Notes under the pieces: generated by a model | What the model was told of the DNA's origin: nothing | What the model saw: only the letters and a program-made list of their open reading frames with translations | The model's database searches: none | In this document: piece by piece, positions 1-8,922 of the stretch | Layout of the letters: every line of letters starts with the position of its first letter | Position numbering within the stretch: position 1 is the stretch's first letter | From: an uncultured bacterium | GTDB taxonomy: Bacteria; Desulfobacterota; Binatia; HRBIN30; CADEER01 | Assembly (NCBI GenBank): GCA_963757755.1 | Contig: CAVWTK010000007.1 | Span: 132,629-196,628 of the forward strand | Direction of reading: 5' to 3' | Length of the DNA: 64,000 nt | Made by a program: the position numbers and the translations under genes

Positions 1-30
1 GGATGTGAACCGGCAGGGGTCCCCCCCCCC

Positions 31-127
31 GATCGGCGTCCAAGATTGACCCCACCCGAGAACGCACAACCCGCCCCGCACATTGAACTTTCGCACCGCC
101 CCGCAGGGTCACGATTGGACGCCGAAA
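31..127. repeat. imperfect inverted repeat (~20-nt arms) with internal direct repeat CCGCCCCGCA
   Basis: tcggcgtccaagattgacccc (31-51) versus gggtcacgattggacgccga (108-127). CCGCCCCGCA occurs twice in the loop. Confidence 0.5.
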
Positions 128-234
128 GGGGGTCAAACTGCGGCGCCGATTCACACCCTTTCATAGGTAGCGTACGAACAGCCGCCGGAAGCCCCGGCGC
201 AGTCGCGCTCCCGTCCTCCTGCGCGGTCGCCGGG

Positions 235-666
235 TCAGCCGCCGCTGATGTAGTTTTCAAGCTGGGAGATCAGGAACTGCTTTTCCGCGATCACCGCCTT
301 GACGACGTCGCCGATTGACAGGACACCGATGAGCTGGGCGTCCGCGAGCACTGGCAGGTGCCGGATGTGCTTGTCGGTCATCAGCGCCATGCACTCCTCG
401 ATGTTCCGCTCGGGACGGATGAAGACCACCCGCGAGGTCATGACGTCGCGAAGCGGCGTGTCTTTCGATGCCTTGCCCTTGAGTACCACCTGGCGAGCGT
501 AGTCGCGCTCCGAGAAGATCCCGACCACGCGCCCCCCCTCCCGCACGACGAGGGCGCCGATGTTCTTCTCGGCCATGATGGTCAGCGCGTGGTACACAGT
601 GTCATCAGGCTTGGCGGCGAAGACCGCGCTACCCTTCGCCTTGAGGACATCTCCGACGGTTTTCAT
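235..666 (-). CDS. CBS-domain pair protein
   Basis: ORF 235..699(-). Two CBS-like halves (ALTIMAEKNIGALVV..., HIRHLPVLADAQLIGVLSIGDV). Start trimmed to ATG 664-666 (MKTVGDVL). Confidence 0.8.
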   Translation of the reverse strand: MKTVGDVLKAKGSAVFAAKPDDTVYHALTIMAEKNIGALVVREGGRVVGIFSERDYARQVVLKGKASKDTPLRDVMTSRVVFIRPERNIEECMALMTDKHIRHLPVLADAQLIGVLSIGDVVKAVIAEKQFLISQLENYISGG

Positions 667-1065
667 GAGCACCTCCTCGTCGACGGTGGCCGGCCCCATG
701 GGCGGAACTCACGGCGCCTCGCAGCGGGGCGATTTCGCCCGGGGCCTGCCGACGTCGTCTTACGTCTCGACTGCATGGGTATCCGCCGCCGCGTACCCGG
801 CATTTTACACCGGAACGCCCGCGTCGGTAGCTGGTTGCCTGCATCAGGAAGGAATTGCCCGTGCCGGACGGACGGTGCGCTCCGGGCCAGGACTGATGCG
901 CCCGATGCCGCGCCCTGAAGCGGTGACGACTTGGATCATCGAGACCGGGTCATGGCCGCATCTTTCCGGGTTCTGCTCCCGGCCCCTCTGTGGTACGCGA
1001 CAGTGTCAAGCGATCCGTCCCGATCCGCCGACAGGGCCATCCACACCAGCGAGGAGGCCACCACG

Positions 1066-2577
1066 ATGTCATTTGCTCACTACGAGCGCTTGAGCGCCCT
1101 CGACACGAGCTTTCTTGACATGGAGGACCAGTTCGCGAATGCCCACATGCACGTCGGCTCCGTCGCGCTCTTCGACGCCGCGCCGCTCCGCGACGCCGAT
1201 GGAGCCACCGATATCGAGAAGGTCCGGCGCCTCGTGGAGGTCGGCCTGCACCGCGTGCCGCGCTATCAGCAGAAGCTCGCACGCACCCCCGTGTTCGGCA
1301 ATGCGGTGTGGGTCGACGACGACCGGTTCAACCTTCTTTACCACATCCGCCACGTCAGCCTGCCGAAGCCGGGCACTGAACGCCAGCTCAAGCGGCTCAC
1401 CGGTCGCATCATGTCGCAGCGGCTCGACCGCGGGAAGCCGCTGTGGGAGCTCTGGGTCGTCGACGGCATTGACGGGGACCGCGTGGCGCTGATTTCCAAA
1501 GCACACCACTGCATGATCGACGGCGTGGGCAGCGTCGAGCTGAGTACGGCGTTGATCGGCGCGCGCCAGGACATCGAGGAGAAGCTCGTGAATCCGCCGG
1601 CTTTCAAAACCCGTCCGACGCCGAGCCCGCGCGCGCTGTTCCTCGACGAGCTCAACCGGCGCATCACCCAGCCGATCGGCGCCGCGCAGACGATGGGCAG
1701 CGCCCTCCGGAATCCCGTGCGCGCCCTGCGCTCGCTGGGCGATTCGCTCGGCGCCGTCGGCGCAGGCCTCAGCGCCGCCCTCAGCTCGGGGTCGCCGACC
1801 CCGCTCAACGACGAAGTCGGCCCCCACCGGCGCTTCGACTGGCTCGACATGAGTCTCGACGAGATCAAAGCCGTCAAGAACCGGCTCGGCGGCACGATCA
1901 ACGACGTGCTCCTGACTGTGGCGTCGGGGGCCCTCGGGCGCTTCCTCCAGGACCGCGGCGTCCGCATCGAGGAGCTCGACTTCCGCGCCATGCTGCCCGT
2001 CAACGTGCGGGGTGGCGACGAGCGCGAGAAGCTCGGCAACCGCGTGTCGTCGATGATGGCTTCTCTGCCGCTCGCCGAACCCGACCCGGTGAAGCGGTTT
2101 CAGCTCGTCATGCAGACCACCGGCCGACTCAAGCAGTCCGGTCAGGCCGCGGGGATCAAGATGATCGAGGAGCTGAGCGACTCGAGCATGGGTGGCCTGC
2201 TGTTGATCCTCAGCCGGCTCTACGCGATGCAGCGCCCCTTCAACGTCGTGATTACCAACGTCCCCGGGCCGCAGTTCCAGTTGTATTTCCTTGGCTCGCC
2301 GCTGCGGGCCGCCTATCCGCTGGTGCCGCTGTTCCACAACCAGACGGTCGGGATCGCGCTGTTCAGTTGCAACGGCATGCTCTTCTGGGGCTTCAACGTC
2401 GATTGGGACGCCGTGCCGGACGTGCACGAGCTGGTCGAAGGCGTGGCGAAGGAGTTCGCGCGCTTGAAGCGGGCGGCCGGTGTCGAGCTCCCGGCCAAGG
2501 TCAAGATGGCGACCTCGGCGCGCGCGAAGGCCAAGCCGGCGGGCCGCCGCCGGCGCCGGCCGGCCGCCGCTCGGTAG
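1066..2577 (+). CDS. wax ester synthase/diacylglycerol acyltransferase (WS/DGAT family)
   Basis: ORF 931..2577. HHCMIDGVGS fits the HHxxxDG catalytic motif. Family-like N-terminus MSFAHYERLSALDTSFL. RBS gaggagg lies just upstream of ATG 1066. Confidence 0.85.
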   Translation: MSFAHYERLSALDTSFLDMEDQFANAHMHVGSVALFDAAPLRDADGATDIEKVRRLVEVGLHRVPRYQQKLARTPVFGNAVWVDDDRFNLLYHIRHVSLPKPGTERQLKRLTGRIMSQRLDRGKPLWELWVVDGIDGDRVALISKAHHCMIDGVGSVELSTALIGARQDIEEKLVNPPAFKTRPTPSPRALFLDELNRRITQPIGAAQTMGSALRNPVRALRSLGDSLGAVGAGLSAALSSGSPTPLNDEVGPHRRFDWLDMSLDEIKAVKNRLGGTINDVLLTVASGALGRFLQDRGVRIEELDFRAMLPVNVRGGDEREKLGNRVSSMMASLPLAEPDPVKRFQLVMQTTGRLKQSGQAAGIKMIEELSDSSMGGLLLILSRLYAMQRPFNVVITNVPGPQFQLYFLGSPLRAAYPLVPLFHNQTVGIALFSCNGMLFWGFNVDWDAVPDVHELVEGVAKEFARLKRAAGVELPAKVKMATSARAKAKPAGRRRRRPAAAR

Positions 2578-2637
2578 CGTGGCGGTCGACGCGCGTCGAG
2601 GGAGTAGCTCCGCGCACGGTCGACGGCGGCGCGCGTC

Positions 2638-2973
2638 ATGGACGATCCGTACGCGCACTGGTTTCTCGGTCCGGTGCTGCGGGCGGCGCTGTCGCACGAG
2701 GGTGTGGCGCCGCAACTGGGCATCTATGCGGACTGGGCGACGGACGGCATCGTTGGGTTCGTCGTCGGGCGCCACCGGTACATCGACGACGCCCTGCGCC
2801 GCGCGTCACGGCGGGTCGGGCAGGTCGTGCTCCTCGGCGCCGGCTATGACATGCGGGCGTATCGCTTCGCGCGCGAGCTGCGCCGCTGCACCGTCTTCGA
2901 GGTCGACCATCCGGCGACCGCAGCGCGCAAGGCGCGCATTCTCGCTCGCCGGCAGAGGGATTGCCGGACGTGA
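2638..2973 (+). pseudogene. class I SAM-dependent methyltransferase (Leu-carboxyl/O-methyltransferase-like), 3'-truncated remnant
   Basis: DDPYAHWFLGP, VVLLGAGYDMRAYR (SAM motif I) and FEVDHPATAARK (motif II), after which similarity stops and a stop codon follows. Only about 105 aa of a family that is normally about 270-300 aa. Confidence 0.55.
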
Positions 2974-3185
2974 ACATGTGGCGACGCTGCAAGCCGTTCT
3001 CGAACAAGAACCGAGACGGGGCATTGCTGCTGCGAAGGCTCCTTGGGCCGATTCGGCTGGAACCGGTCAGACCGGAGGTCGGGCGTCCCTACTACCGCGC
3101 CGTCTCGACGCTTGACGCGCTGGCGATCGTCGAGGAGGACCCCGACGACGATCCGTCGGAGTCCAGTTCGAGTTCTTTGCGAAAG

Positions 3186-3534
3186 TGGAGGCGGGGGGAA
3201 TTGAACCCCCGTCCGGAAGTGATTCACAGCAGCGTCTACGTGCGTAGCCAGGTGATTTGATCTCGCCGTCTTGGCTCCCACCGGCAGGATTCGCAACGGC
3301 CAGCTCGTAAGTTTTCGTCCCCAGCCTACGAGCGTCGGTAGGGGCTTATCCCGAGTTTATGACGTTTGGGTCCGGCCCTACGGGAGCGTGCCGGTCAAAC
3401 GCTGGCGACCGTTAAGCAGCCAGAGCGAACGTATTGTCTGCGTTTAGTTTTCGCAGCCTGGGTTTTGGCGGGCCCCAAGTACCCGTTGCACGCAACTGCC
3501 GCTTCACAACCTCCGTCGAACCCAATTCGCCCCC
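3186..3534 (-). ncRNA. ssrA: tmRNA (one-piece)
   Basis: The minus-strand RNA begins GGGGGCGAAUUGGGUUCGACGG and ends GGACGGGGGUUCAAUUCCCCCCGCCUCCA. It has a 7-bp acceptor stem with a G3:U pair. The tag frame GCA GAC AAU ACG UUC GCU CUG GCU GCU UAA (ADNTFALAA*) lies at 3412-3441. CCA is not fully encoded. Confidence 0.93.
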
Positions 3535-3631
3535 GTAAGGTAGGAACGTCGAGCCGAAGGTAACCTCGCGACCAGCGCGGAGCAAGCGCCGGGCGTGGAG
3601 CGGGACGTGGAGGAACTTCAGGCGGGGGCGT

Positions 3632-3874
3632 TCAGTGCAGCTCGCCGATGAGCGACGTCCGCATGTCGGTCATGAACGTGCTCATCGACTGCAGCGCGGC
3701 AGTCGGCCACGGTCCGTCCTGGGCCAGGACCGACAGCGCCAGGATCAGCGCGCACTTCAGCACCTCTTCGGCATTGTCGTGACCAATGGCTCCCTCGAGA
3801 ACGGTGCCGTGAACCTCGACCTCTAAGTTGAATCGTCCCGACTCGTCAGAAATGCTGCGGCGACTTGTCTTCAT
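3632..3874 (-). CDS. hypothetical 80-aa protein, paralog of 4100..4339
   Basis: Intact ORF. By eye it aligns with the neighbouring divergent ORF (E[VI]EV.GTVL..AI, LAQ, PWP, M..MR..L). No signal peptide, TM segment or recognisable domain. Confidence 0.6.
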   Translation of the reverse strand: MKTSRRSISDESGRFNLEVEVHGTVLEGAIGHDNAEEVLKCALILALSVLAQDGPWPTAALQSMSTFMTDMRTSLIGELH

Positions 3875-4099
3875 CGAGATTGTTCCCCCAACGGAATTGA
3901 CCGTAAGATGCGAGTACCATGGGAGAATCTGCCTCGTCAGCTGGGACTTTCCCTACCGACCATTGGGGTTTTCCCTTAGGGAGATTGGACGACCCGCGGC
4001 ACCGATTTCATCTCGTTGGCAGCCTCGTGACCGCTGTTGCCTCGTAAGCAACCTATTTCATTTGAGGCCCGCAGCGGTCCTGAGAGGACAGGAGGTCAC

Positions 4100-4339
4100 A
4101 TGCCCACGCGCCTGATTGCCGACAGCGTCGGTCTTTTCACCTGCGAGATCGAGGTCTCGGGCACCGTGCTCAGCCAGGCCATCGAATTGAACGGCGCCGA
4201 CGAGATGCTGCATTCCGGTCTGACCGTGGTGCTCGCCGCCCTCGCCCAGGGGCCGCCGTGGCCGGAGCGCGTGCTCAACGCGCTCGCCGACCTGATGGTC
4301 GCGATGCGCGAGCAGCTGGCCGCCGAAGACCTCTCGTGA
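4100..4339 (+). CDS. hypothetical 79-aa protein, paralog of 3632..3874
   Basis: ORF 4037..4339 trimmed to ATG 4100, which is preceded by aggagg (4090-4095). Paralogy as for the previous feature. Confidence 0.65.
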   Translation: MPTRLIADSVGLFTCEIEVSGTVLSQAIELNGADEMLHSGLTVVLAALAQGPPWPERVLNALADLMVAMREQLAAEDLS

Positions 4340-4422
4340 CCGGTCGAGCCCCGCCGTCGCGCCGGTGACCCGTCCTCAACCCCCTGAGGATGCCGCACGG
4401 CCGGCGGCGGGGATCCCGGCCT

Positions 4423-5796
4423 CTAGATGTTGATCGCGATCTGCGCGCCGAGAACCAGGGCGTTGGGAATATCGCCGGTGCCGCCCGGCTCGATCACGTA
4501 TTGGATATCCGGCTCCAACTGGAGCCACGGCGTGATCTGCCAGATGTAGGACAGCTCGAGCACCATCTCGAAGTGCTGGGGTGATTGGCCGGCGGCGCGC
4601 TGGCCCTCGCGCAGGACGTTGGAGAACTGTCCGTAGAGGATCCCGAAGACGATGTCGTCGTACGGCCGCGCGGCGATCGGGCCGCGCATTACGACGCCGC
4701 TGTCGAAGAAGAAGGGGAACACGCTCACATCGGCGTTCGGCGCGCCGACGACCGAGACGAACGGCAGGACGCCGCGCGGATCCGGGGCCCCGCCGAAGCG
4801 CCACACCATCTGATCGACGGCGCCGTAGATGCCGCCGTTGCCGTACACATTGTCGCTCGGCAGGTCCGAGCTCGTCGGCGCATCGAGCTTCCGGAACCGG
4901 CCGGTGTGGTAGAAGCCGCCCAACGTGAAGTGGCCGGGCAGCGCCTGGCTCACGTCGCCGAGGCGGTCGTGGTAGCTGACCTCGGCGAGGATCATCACGC
5001 CGTCCGAGAAGTTCACGGCGAAATTGCCGCCGTGCGAGGCGTTCTGATCGAGATCGTCGTTGTAGACGCCGACCTGCATCGACAGGTGCTCGACAGGCTT
5101 GCCGTGGATGCGCGCACCGAGCGTGGCGTCGGGGTATTCGGTGAACGGGACGTTGAAGACCAGGGAGCCGGGGTTTCCGTCGATGCCGCTGGTCACGTAC
5201 TGCCAGTAGAGCGATGACGTGGCGAAGTCGTCGCCCATCGACAGGTGGCCGGCCCGGATGCCCAGTCGATCGTCGAAGAGCTGCTGTTCCCACGCGACGG
5301 TGACGACCTCGGTCTGCGGACCGCAGCAGACCTCGGCGACATTGAAGACGTTGCCGATGTCCTCGTCGGAGAGGCTGTTCCCGGTGCGCTGCGACACCGC
5401 GAGGTGAAAGTGGGCGCCGGGAATGCGCACGAGCTTGTCGAGGTCCAACAGGAAGTCGAGACCGATGTTGTGGAAGTAGCGCACCTTGCGGTTCATGCCG
5501 CCGGTGGCGTTGCCGAGGATGTCGGCGGTGTACGTGAACGCCATCTGCAGGCCGAAGTCGCTGAGCCGCTCGCGCCAGCCGAACCAGTTGCCGGTCAAAT
5601 ATTGCCCGCCCCACCACTGCTCGATCGCGGTCCCGCCGCCGAAGACGCTGTCGGCAACGCGATCGAAGGTGCGCATCGCGGCCGGCAGCGTCGGACCGGC
5701 CGTCTGGGTCGGCCGCGGGGCGGCGTCCTCGCCCAGGGCCGAGCTGGCGGCGAGCACCACCCAGATGAACGTCGTGCGCGCAACCCCCGCCCCCAT
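4423..5796 (-). CDS. carbohydrate-selective porin, OprB family
   Basis: ORF 4423..5973(-). WWGGQYLTGNWFGWRERL, FTYTADILGNATGG, and a beta-barrel-like alternating C-terminus ending LGAQIAINI. Start set at the Met of the signal peptide MGAGVARTTFIWVVLAASSALG. Confidence 0.8.
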   Translation of the reverse strand: MGAGVARTTFIWVVLAASSALGEDAAPRPTQTAGPTLPAAMRTFDRVADSVFGGGTAIEQWWGGQYLTGNWFGWRERLSDFGLQMAFTYTADILGNATGGMNRKVRYFHNIGLDFLLDLDKLVRIPGAHFHLAVSQRTGNSLSDEDIGNVFNVAEVCCGPQTEVVTVAWEQQLFDDRLGIRAGHLSMGDDFATSSLYWQYVTSGIDGNPGSLVFNVPFTEYPDATLGARIHGKPVEHLSMQVGVYNDDLDQNASHGGNFAVNFSDGVMILAEVSYHDRLGDVSQALPGHFTLGGFYHTGRFRKLDAPTSSDLPSDNVYGNGGIYGAVDQMVWRFGGAPDPRGVLPFVSVVGAPNADVSVFPFFFDSGVVMRGPIAARPYDDIVFGILYGQFSNVLREGQRAAGQSPQHFEMVLELSYIWQITPWLQLEPDIQYVIEPGGTGDIPNALVLGAQIAINI

Positions 5797-5902
5797 CACA
5801 CCACCCTCCAGCCGCGCGCAGGGTACTGCATCGTGCGGATTTTCACCACGGAGATCGCCCAGGCCGGCGCTCCCGTCGTGGCCTCTGTGGTAGAGCGGGA
5901 GG

Positions 5903-8161
5903 GTGAACGCTGCTCTCGCATCGTGGCAGGTGCCGGCGATCCCGCTCGCGCTGATGCTGATCAGCGGCGGCATCTACGTGCGGGGGTGGCGGGCACTGCA
6001 CGCGCAGCTGCCCGAACGCTTCACGCCTGCGCGGCTCGCCGCGTTCATCGGTGGGCTGGCGGTGATCGCGGCAGCGCTCGCCTCGCCGATCGACGCCTTC
6101 GCCGGGCTGCTCCTGCGCGTCCACATGCTCCAGCACATCCTCCTGACGATGATCGCGCCGCCGCTGCTCTGGCTCGGCGCGCCGGCGCTCCCGCTGCTGC
6201 GCGGACTGCCGACCGGACTCGCGAAGCGCGGCCTGGGTCCGTTTCTCGCCTGGCCGCCGCTGCTCGCGGCGGCGCGCGCGCTCGTCCATCCGGTGATCGG
6301 ATGGCTGGCACTGACGCTCGCGACGTTGCTCTGGCACCTGCCCGGCCCCTACCAGTTGGCCCTGCGCGATCCGGCCTGGCACCAGCTCGAGCACGCCTCC
6401 TTCCTCGTCGGCGGCCTGCTCTTCTGGTTCCCCGTCATCCAGCCCTATCCGAGCCGCCCGCACTGGCCGCGGTGGGCGATGGTGCCCTATCTGCTGCTCG
6501 GCGACATCGTGAACACGCTGCTCGCGGCGGTGTTCGTCTTCGCCGAGCGGCCGCTCTACGCGACCTACGCCGCCGCGCCCCACATCACCGGCCTCGACGC
6601 GCGCGCCGATCAATCGGTGGCCGGTGCGCTGATGTGGGTGGCCGGATCGGCGGCATACCTGATCGCCGCGGCGGCGATCATGATCGCCTGGCTGAACGGC
6701 CGCGCGGTCGTCGCCACCACAGCACCAGCCCGTCCGAGCGTGCGCGCGCGCCGGCGCTTCGACCTGCTGCGTGTGCCGGTCGTCGGCGCCGCGCTGCGCT
6801 CGCTCGCCGTGCGCCGTACCGCGCAGGCCCTCATGCTCCTCCTCGCGGCCGCGTTCATCGCCGACGGCCTCCTCGGGCCGCGCATGAGCCCGATGAACCT
6901 CGCCGGCGTCCTGCCCTGGACGTACTGGCGCGGCCTGATGGTCATCGGCCTGCTCGCCATCGGCAACGTCGTCTGCATGGTCTGTCCGTTCATGCTGCCG
7001 CGCGAGCTCGCCAAGCGCCTGCTACCGGCGCGCCGTGCCTGGCCGCGCTGGCTGCGCGGCAAATGGCTCGCGGCGGCGCTGCTCGTCCTCTACCTGTGCG
7101 CCTACGAGGCGTTCGATCTGTGGGACAGCCCACGCGCGACCGCCGCCGTCGCCCTGTCGTACTTCGGCGCGGCGGTGCTGGTCGACGGCGTCTTCCGCGG
7201 CGCCGCGTTCTGCAAGCACGTCTGTCCGATCGGCCAGTTCCAGTTCATGCAGGCGACCGTCTCGCCGTTGTCGATCGGGGCGCGCAGCACCGACGTCTGC
7301 CGCCGCTGCACCACCGCCGACTGCGTGCGCGGCAACGACCGGCATCGCGGCTGCGAGCTCGAGCTGTTCATTCCCGAGAAGCGCGGCAACCTCGACTGCA
7401 CCCTCTGCATGGACTGCGTGCGCGCCTGCCCGCACGACAACATCGGTCTGCTCGCCGTCGGGCCGGCCGCCGAGCTCGCCGTCGACCGGCCGCGGTCGTC
7501 GCTGCGGCGGTTGTCGGAGCGGCCCGACATCGCGGCGCTGGCGCTGGTCTGCGTGTTCGGCGCCTTCGCCAACGCCGCCGGCATGCTCGAGCCGGTCCTC
7601 GCCGCCGAGGACGCCTTCGCCGTCCGCCTCGGCTTCGCGTCGCCAGTTGGTCTGACCATCGGCGCGTTGCTCGTGGCACTCCTGCTGCTGCCGGCGGCGA
7701 GCCTCGGTGCGGCCGTCGCGTTGGGCCGGCGCATCAGCGGGGCGGCCGTGACGAGGCGCGCACTCGCCTGTCGTCTGGCGCTGGCCCTCGTGCCGCTCGG
7801 CCTGGCGATGTGGAGCGCGCACTTCCTCTTTCATTTCGCGACCGGCATCGGCACCGCGGTACCGGTCACGCAGCGCGCGCTCGCCGATCTCGGCGCCGGT
7901 TGGTTGGGCGCGGCGGATTGGTCGCATGCGGCGATGATGCGGACGCCGAGTTGGCTGACCGGCCTGGAGCTCCTGCTCCTCGACGCCGGCCTGCTGCTCA
8001 GCCTCGTGGTCGGCTGGCGATCCGCGCTCGACATCACCGGCGGCCGCGGCAGACGCGCCGTCGCCCTGCATCTCCCGTGGGCGGTCCTCGCCGTCGGGCT
8101 GTGGTGCGCCGGTGCCTGGATCGTCCTCCAGCCGATGCAGATGCGCGGCATGGTGCACTGA
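5903..8161 (+). CDS. fusion protein: Caa3_CtaG-type cytochrome oxidase assembly membrane domain + FixG/NapH-like polyferredoxin membrane domain
   Basis: Intact 752-aa ORF. The N-terminal ~270 aa are polytopic with the VHMLQHILLTMIAPPLLWLG and WHQLEH patterns of CtaG(caa3)/CopD-like proteins. The C-terminal part has CMVCPF, CKHVCPIGQFQF and CTLCMDCVRACPHDNI Cys clusters flanked by TM helices, as in FixG/CcoG. Confidence 0.7.
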   Translation: MNAALASWQVPAIPLALMLISGGIYVRGWRALHAQLPERFTPARLAAFIGGLAVIAAALASPIDAFAGLLLRVHMLQHILLTMIAPPLLWLGAPALPLLRGLPTGLAKRGLGPFLAWPPLLAAARALVHPVIGWLALTLATLLWHLPGPYQLALRDPAWHQLEHASFLVGGLLFWFPVIQPYPSRPHWPRWAMVPYLLLGDIVNTLLAAVFVFAERPLYATYAAAPHITGLDARADQSVAGALMWVAGSAAYLIAAAAIMIAWLNGRAVVATTAPARPSVRARRRFDLLRVPVVGAALRSLAVRRTAQALMLLLAAAFIADGLLGPRMSPMNLAGVLPWTYWRGLMVIGLLAIGNVVCMVCPFMLPRELAKRLLPARRAWPRWLRGKWLAAALLVLYLCAYEAFDLWDSPRATAAVALSYFGAAVLVDGVFRGAAFCKHVCPIGQFQFMQATVSPLSIGARSTDVCRRCTTADCVRGNDRHRGCELELFIPEKRGNLDCTLCMDCVRACPHDNIGLLAVGPAAELAVDRPRSSLRRLSERPDIAALALVCVFGAFANAAGMLEPVLAAEDAFAVRLGFASPVGLTIGALLVALLLLPAASLGAAVALGRRISGAAVTRRALACRLALALVPLGLAMWSAHFLFHFATGIGTAVPVTQRALADLGAGWLGAADWSHAAMMRTPSWLTGLELLLLDAGLLLSLVVGWRSALDITGGRGRRAVALHLPWAVLAVGLWCAGAWIVLQPMQMRGMVH

Positions 8162-8189
8162 CCGGCGCCGCGCGCCGCTCGGACCGCCC

Positions 8190-8705
8190 ATGCCGAGATT
8201 GCTCCGCCTCGCGACGGCGCTCGCCGTGCTGGTCGTGCCGGCCGTCGTCCATGGCGACGGCGGCCTGGTGCGCGTCAGCCAAACCGCCGGCCCGTTCACC
8301 GTCACCGTCTTCACCGCACCGACGCCGCTGCGCGCCGGGCCGGTCGACGTCAGCGTCCTCGTGCAGGAGACACACGGCGGGGACGTCATCGCCGACGCCG
8401 ACGTGTCGGTCGTCCTGCGCGCACGCGACGACCCCGCGCGGCAGGTGCGCGCGACCGCCCTGCACGAGCAGGCGACCAACAAGCTCCTGTATGCCGCGCT
8501 GCTCGACCTGCCCGCCGCCGGTGCCTGGCAGGTCGAGGTCGCCGTGACGCACGCCGGCTCGACCGCGACGCTCGCCTTCGACGTCGACGCCGCCCCGCCC
8601 CTACCGCCGTGGCGCGCGTACTGGCCATATTTCGCCCTGCCGCCGTTCGCGATCGCAATCTATGCGCTGCACCAGTGGCTGGTCCTGCGCCCGCGGCGTC
8701 GCTGA
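8190..8705 (+). CDS. FixH/YtkA-like membrane-anchored protein (architecture-based call)
   Basis: ORF 8112..8705 trimmed to ATG 8190. Signal/anchor MPRLLRLATALAVLVVPAVV, a beta-rich body, and a C-terminal TM (YWPYFALPPFAIAIYALHQWLV). It sits directly after the FixG-like domain. Confidence 0.45.
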   Translation: MPRLLRLATALAVLVVPAVVHGDGGLVRVSQTAGPFTVTVFTAPTPLRAGPVDVSVLVQETHGGDVIADADVSVVLRARDDPARQVRATALHEQATNKLLYAALLDLPAAGAWQVEVAVTHAGSTATLAFDVDAAPPLPPWRAYWPYFALPPFAIAIYALHQWLVLRPRRR

Positions 8706-8735
8706 GGGGTCCCGTCAGCCGCGCACCGTCTTCGG

Positions 8736-8861
8736 ATGGAGGGCCGCGCTCCCGCGCGGCCTGTTCCCGACGGTCCAACTCCATCGCCGCCCGCGAGCGA
8801 TCCACGGCGCGCATATGTGTCGCAGCGCGCTGCCAGGCGCCGCGGGAGCGGCGCCCTCCAT
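8736..8861. repeat. GC-rich palindromic element, GGAGGGCCGCGCTCCC type (copy 1)
   Basis: Arms atggagggccgcgctcccgcgcggcc / ggcgccgcgggagcggcgccctccat. Shares termini and part of the core with 54542-54641. Confidence 0.8.
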
Positions 8862-8922
8862 GCGGGAATGCCATGCAACCCGGCTGCCCATCCGCATGCG
8901 GCGTCTGGTAGGGTGCATCGCG

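Noticed and set aside
3366-3563. 65-aa ORF overlapping ssrA
   Set aside because: It lies entirely within or antisense to the tmRNA gene, whose structure and tag frame explain the sequence.
3186-4422. Prophage or integrative island at ssrA
   Set aside because: The window contains no integrase, excisionase, phage genes or duplicated att core. Only the truncated methyltransferase and a small lower-GC islet remain, and these are reported as findings instead.
5245-8547. 1100-aa ORF on the + strand
   Set aside because: It is out of frame with, or antisense to, the well-supported OprB and CtaG::FixG genes. Its Arg/Ala/Pro/Gly-dominated composition and lack of motifs are typical of alternative frames in about 70% GC DNA.
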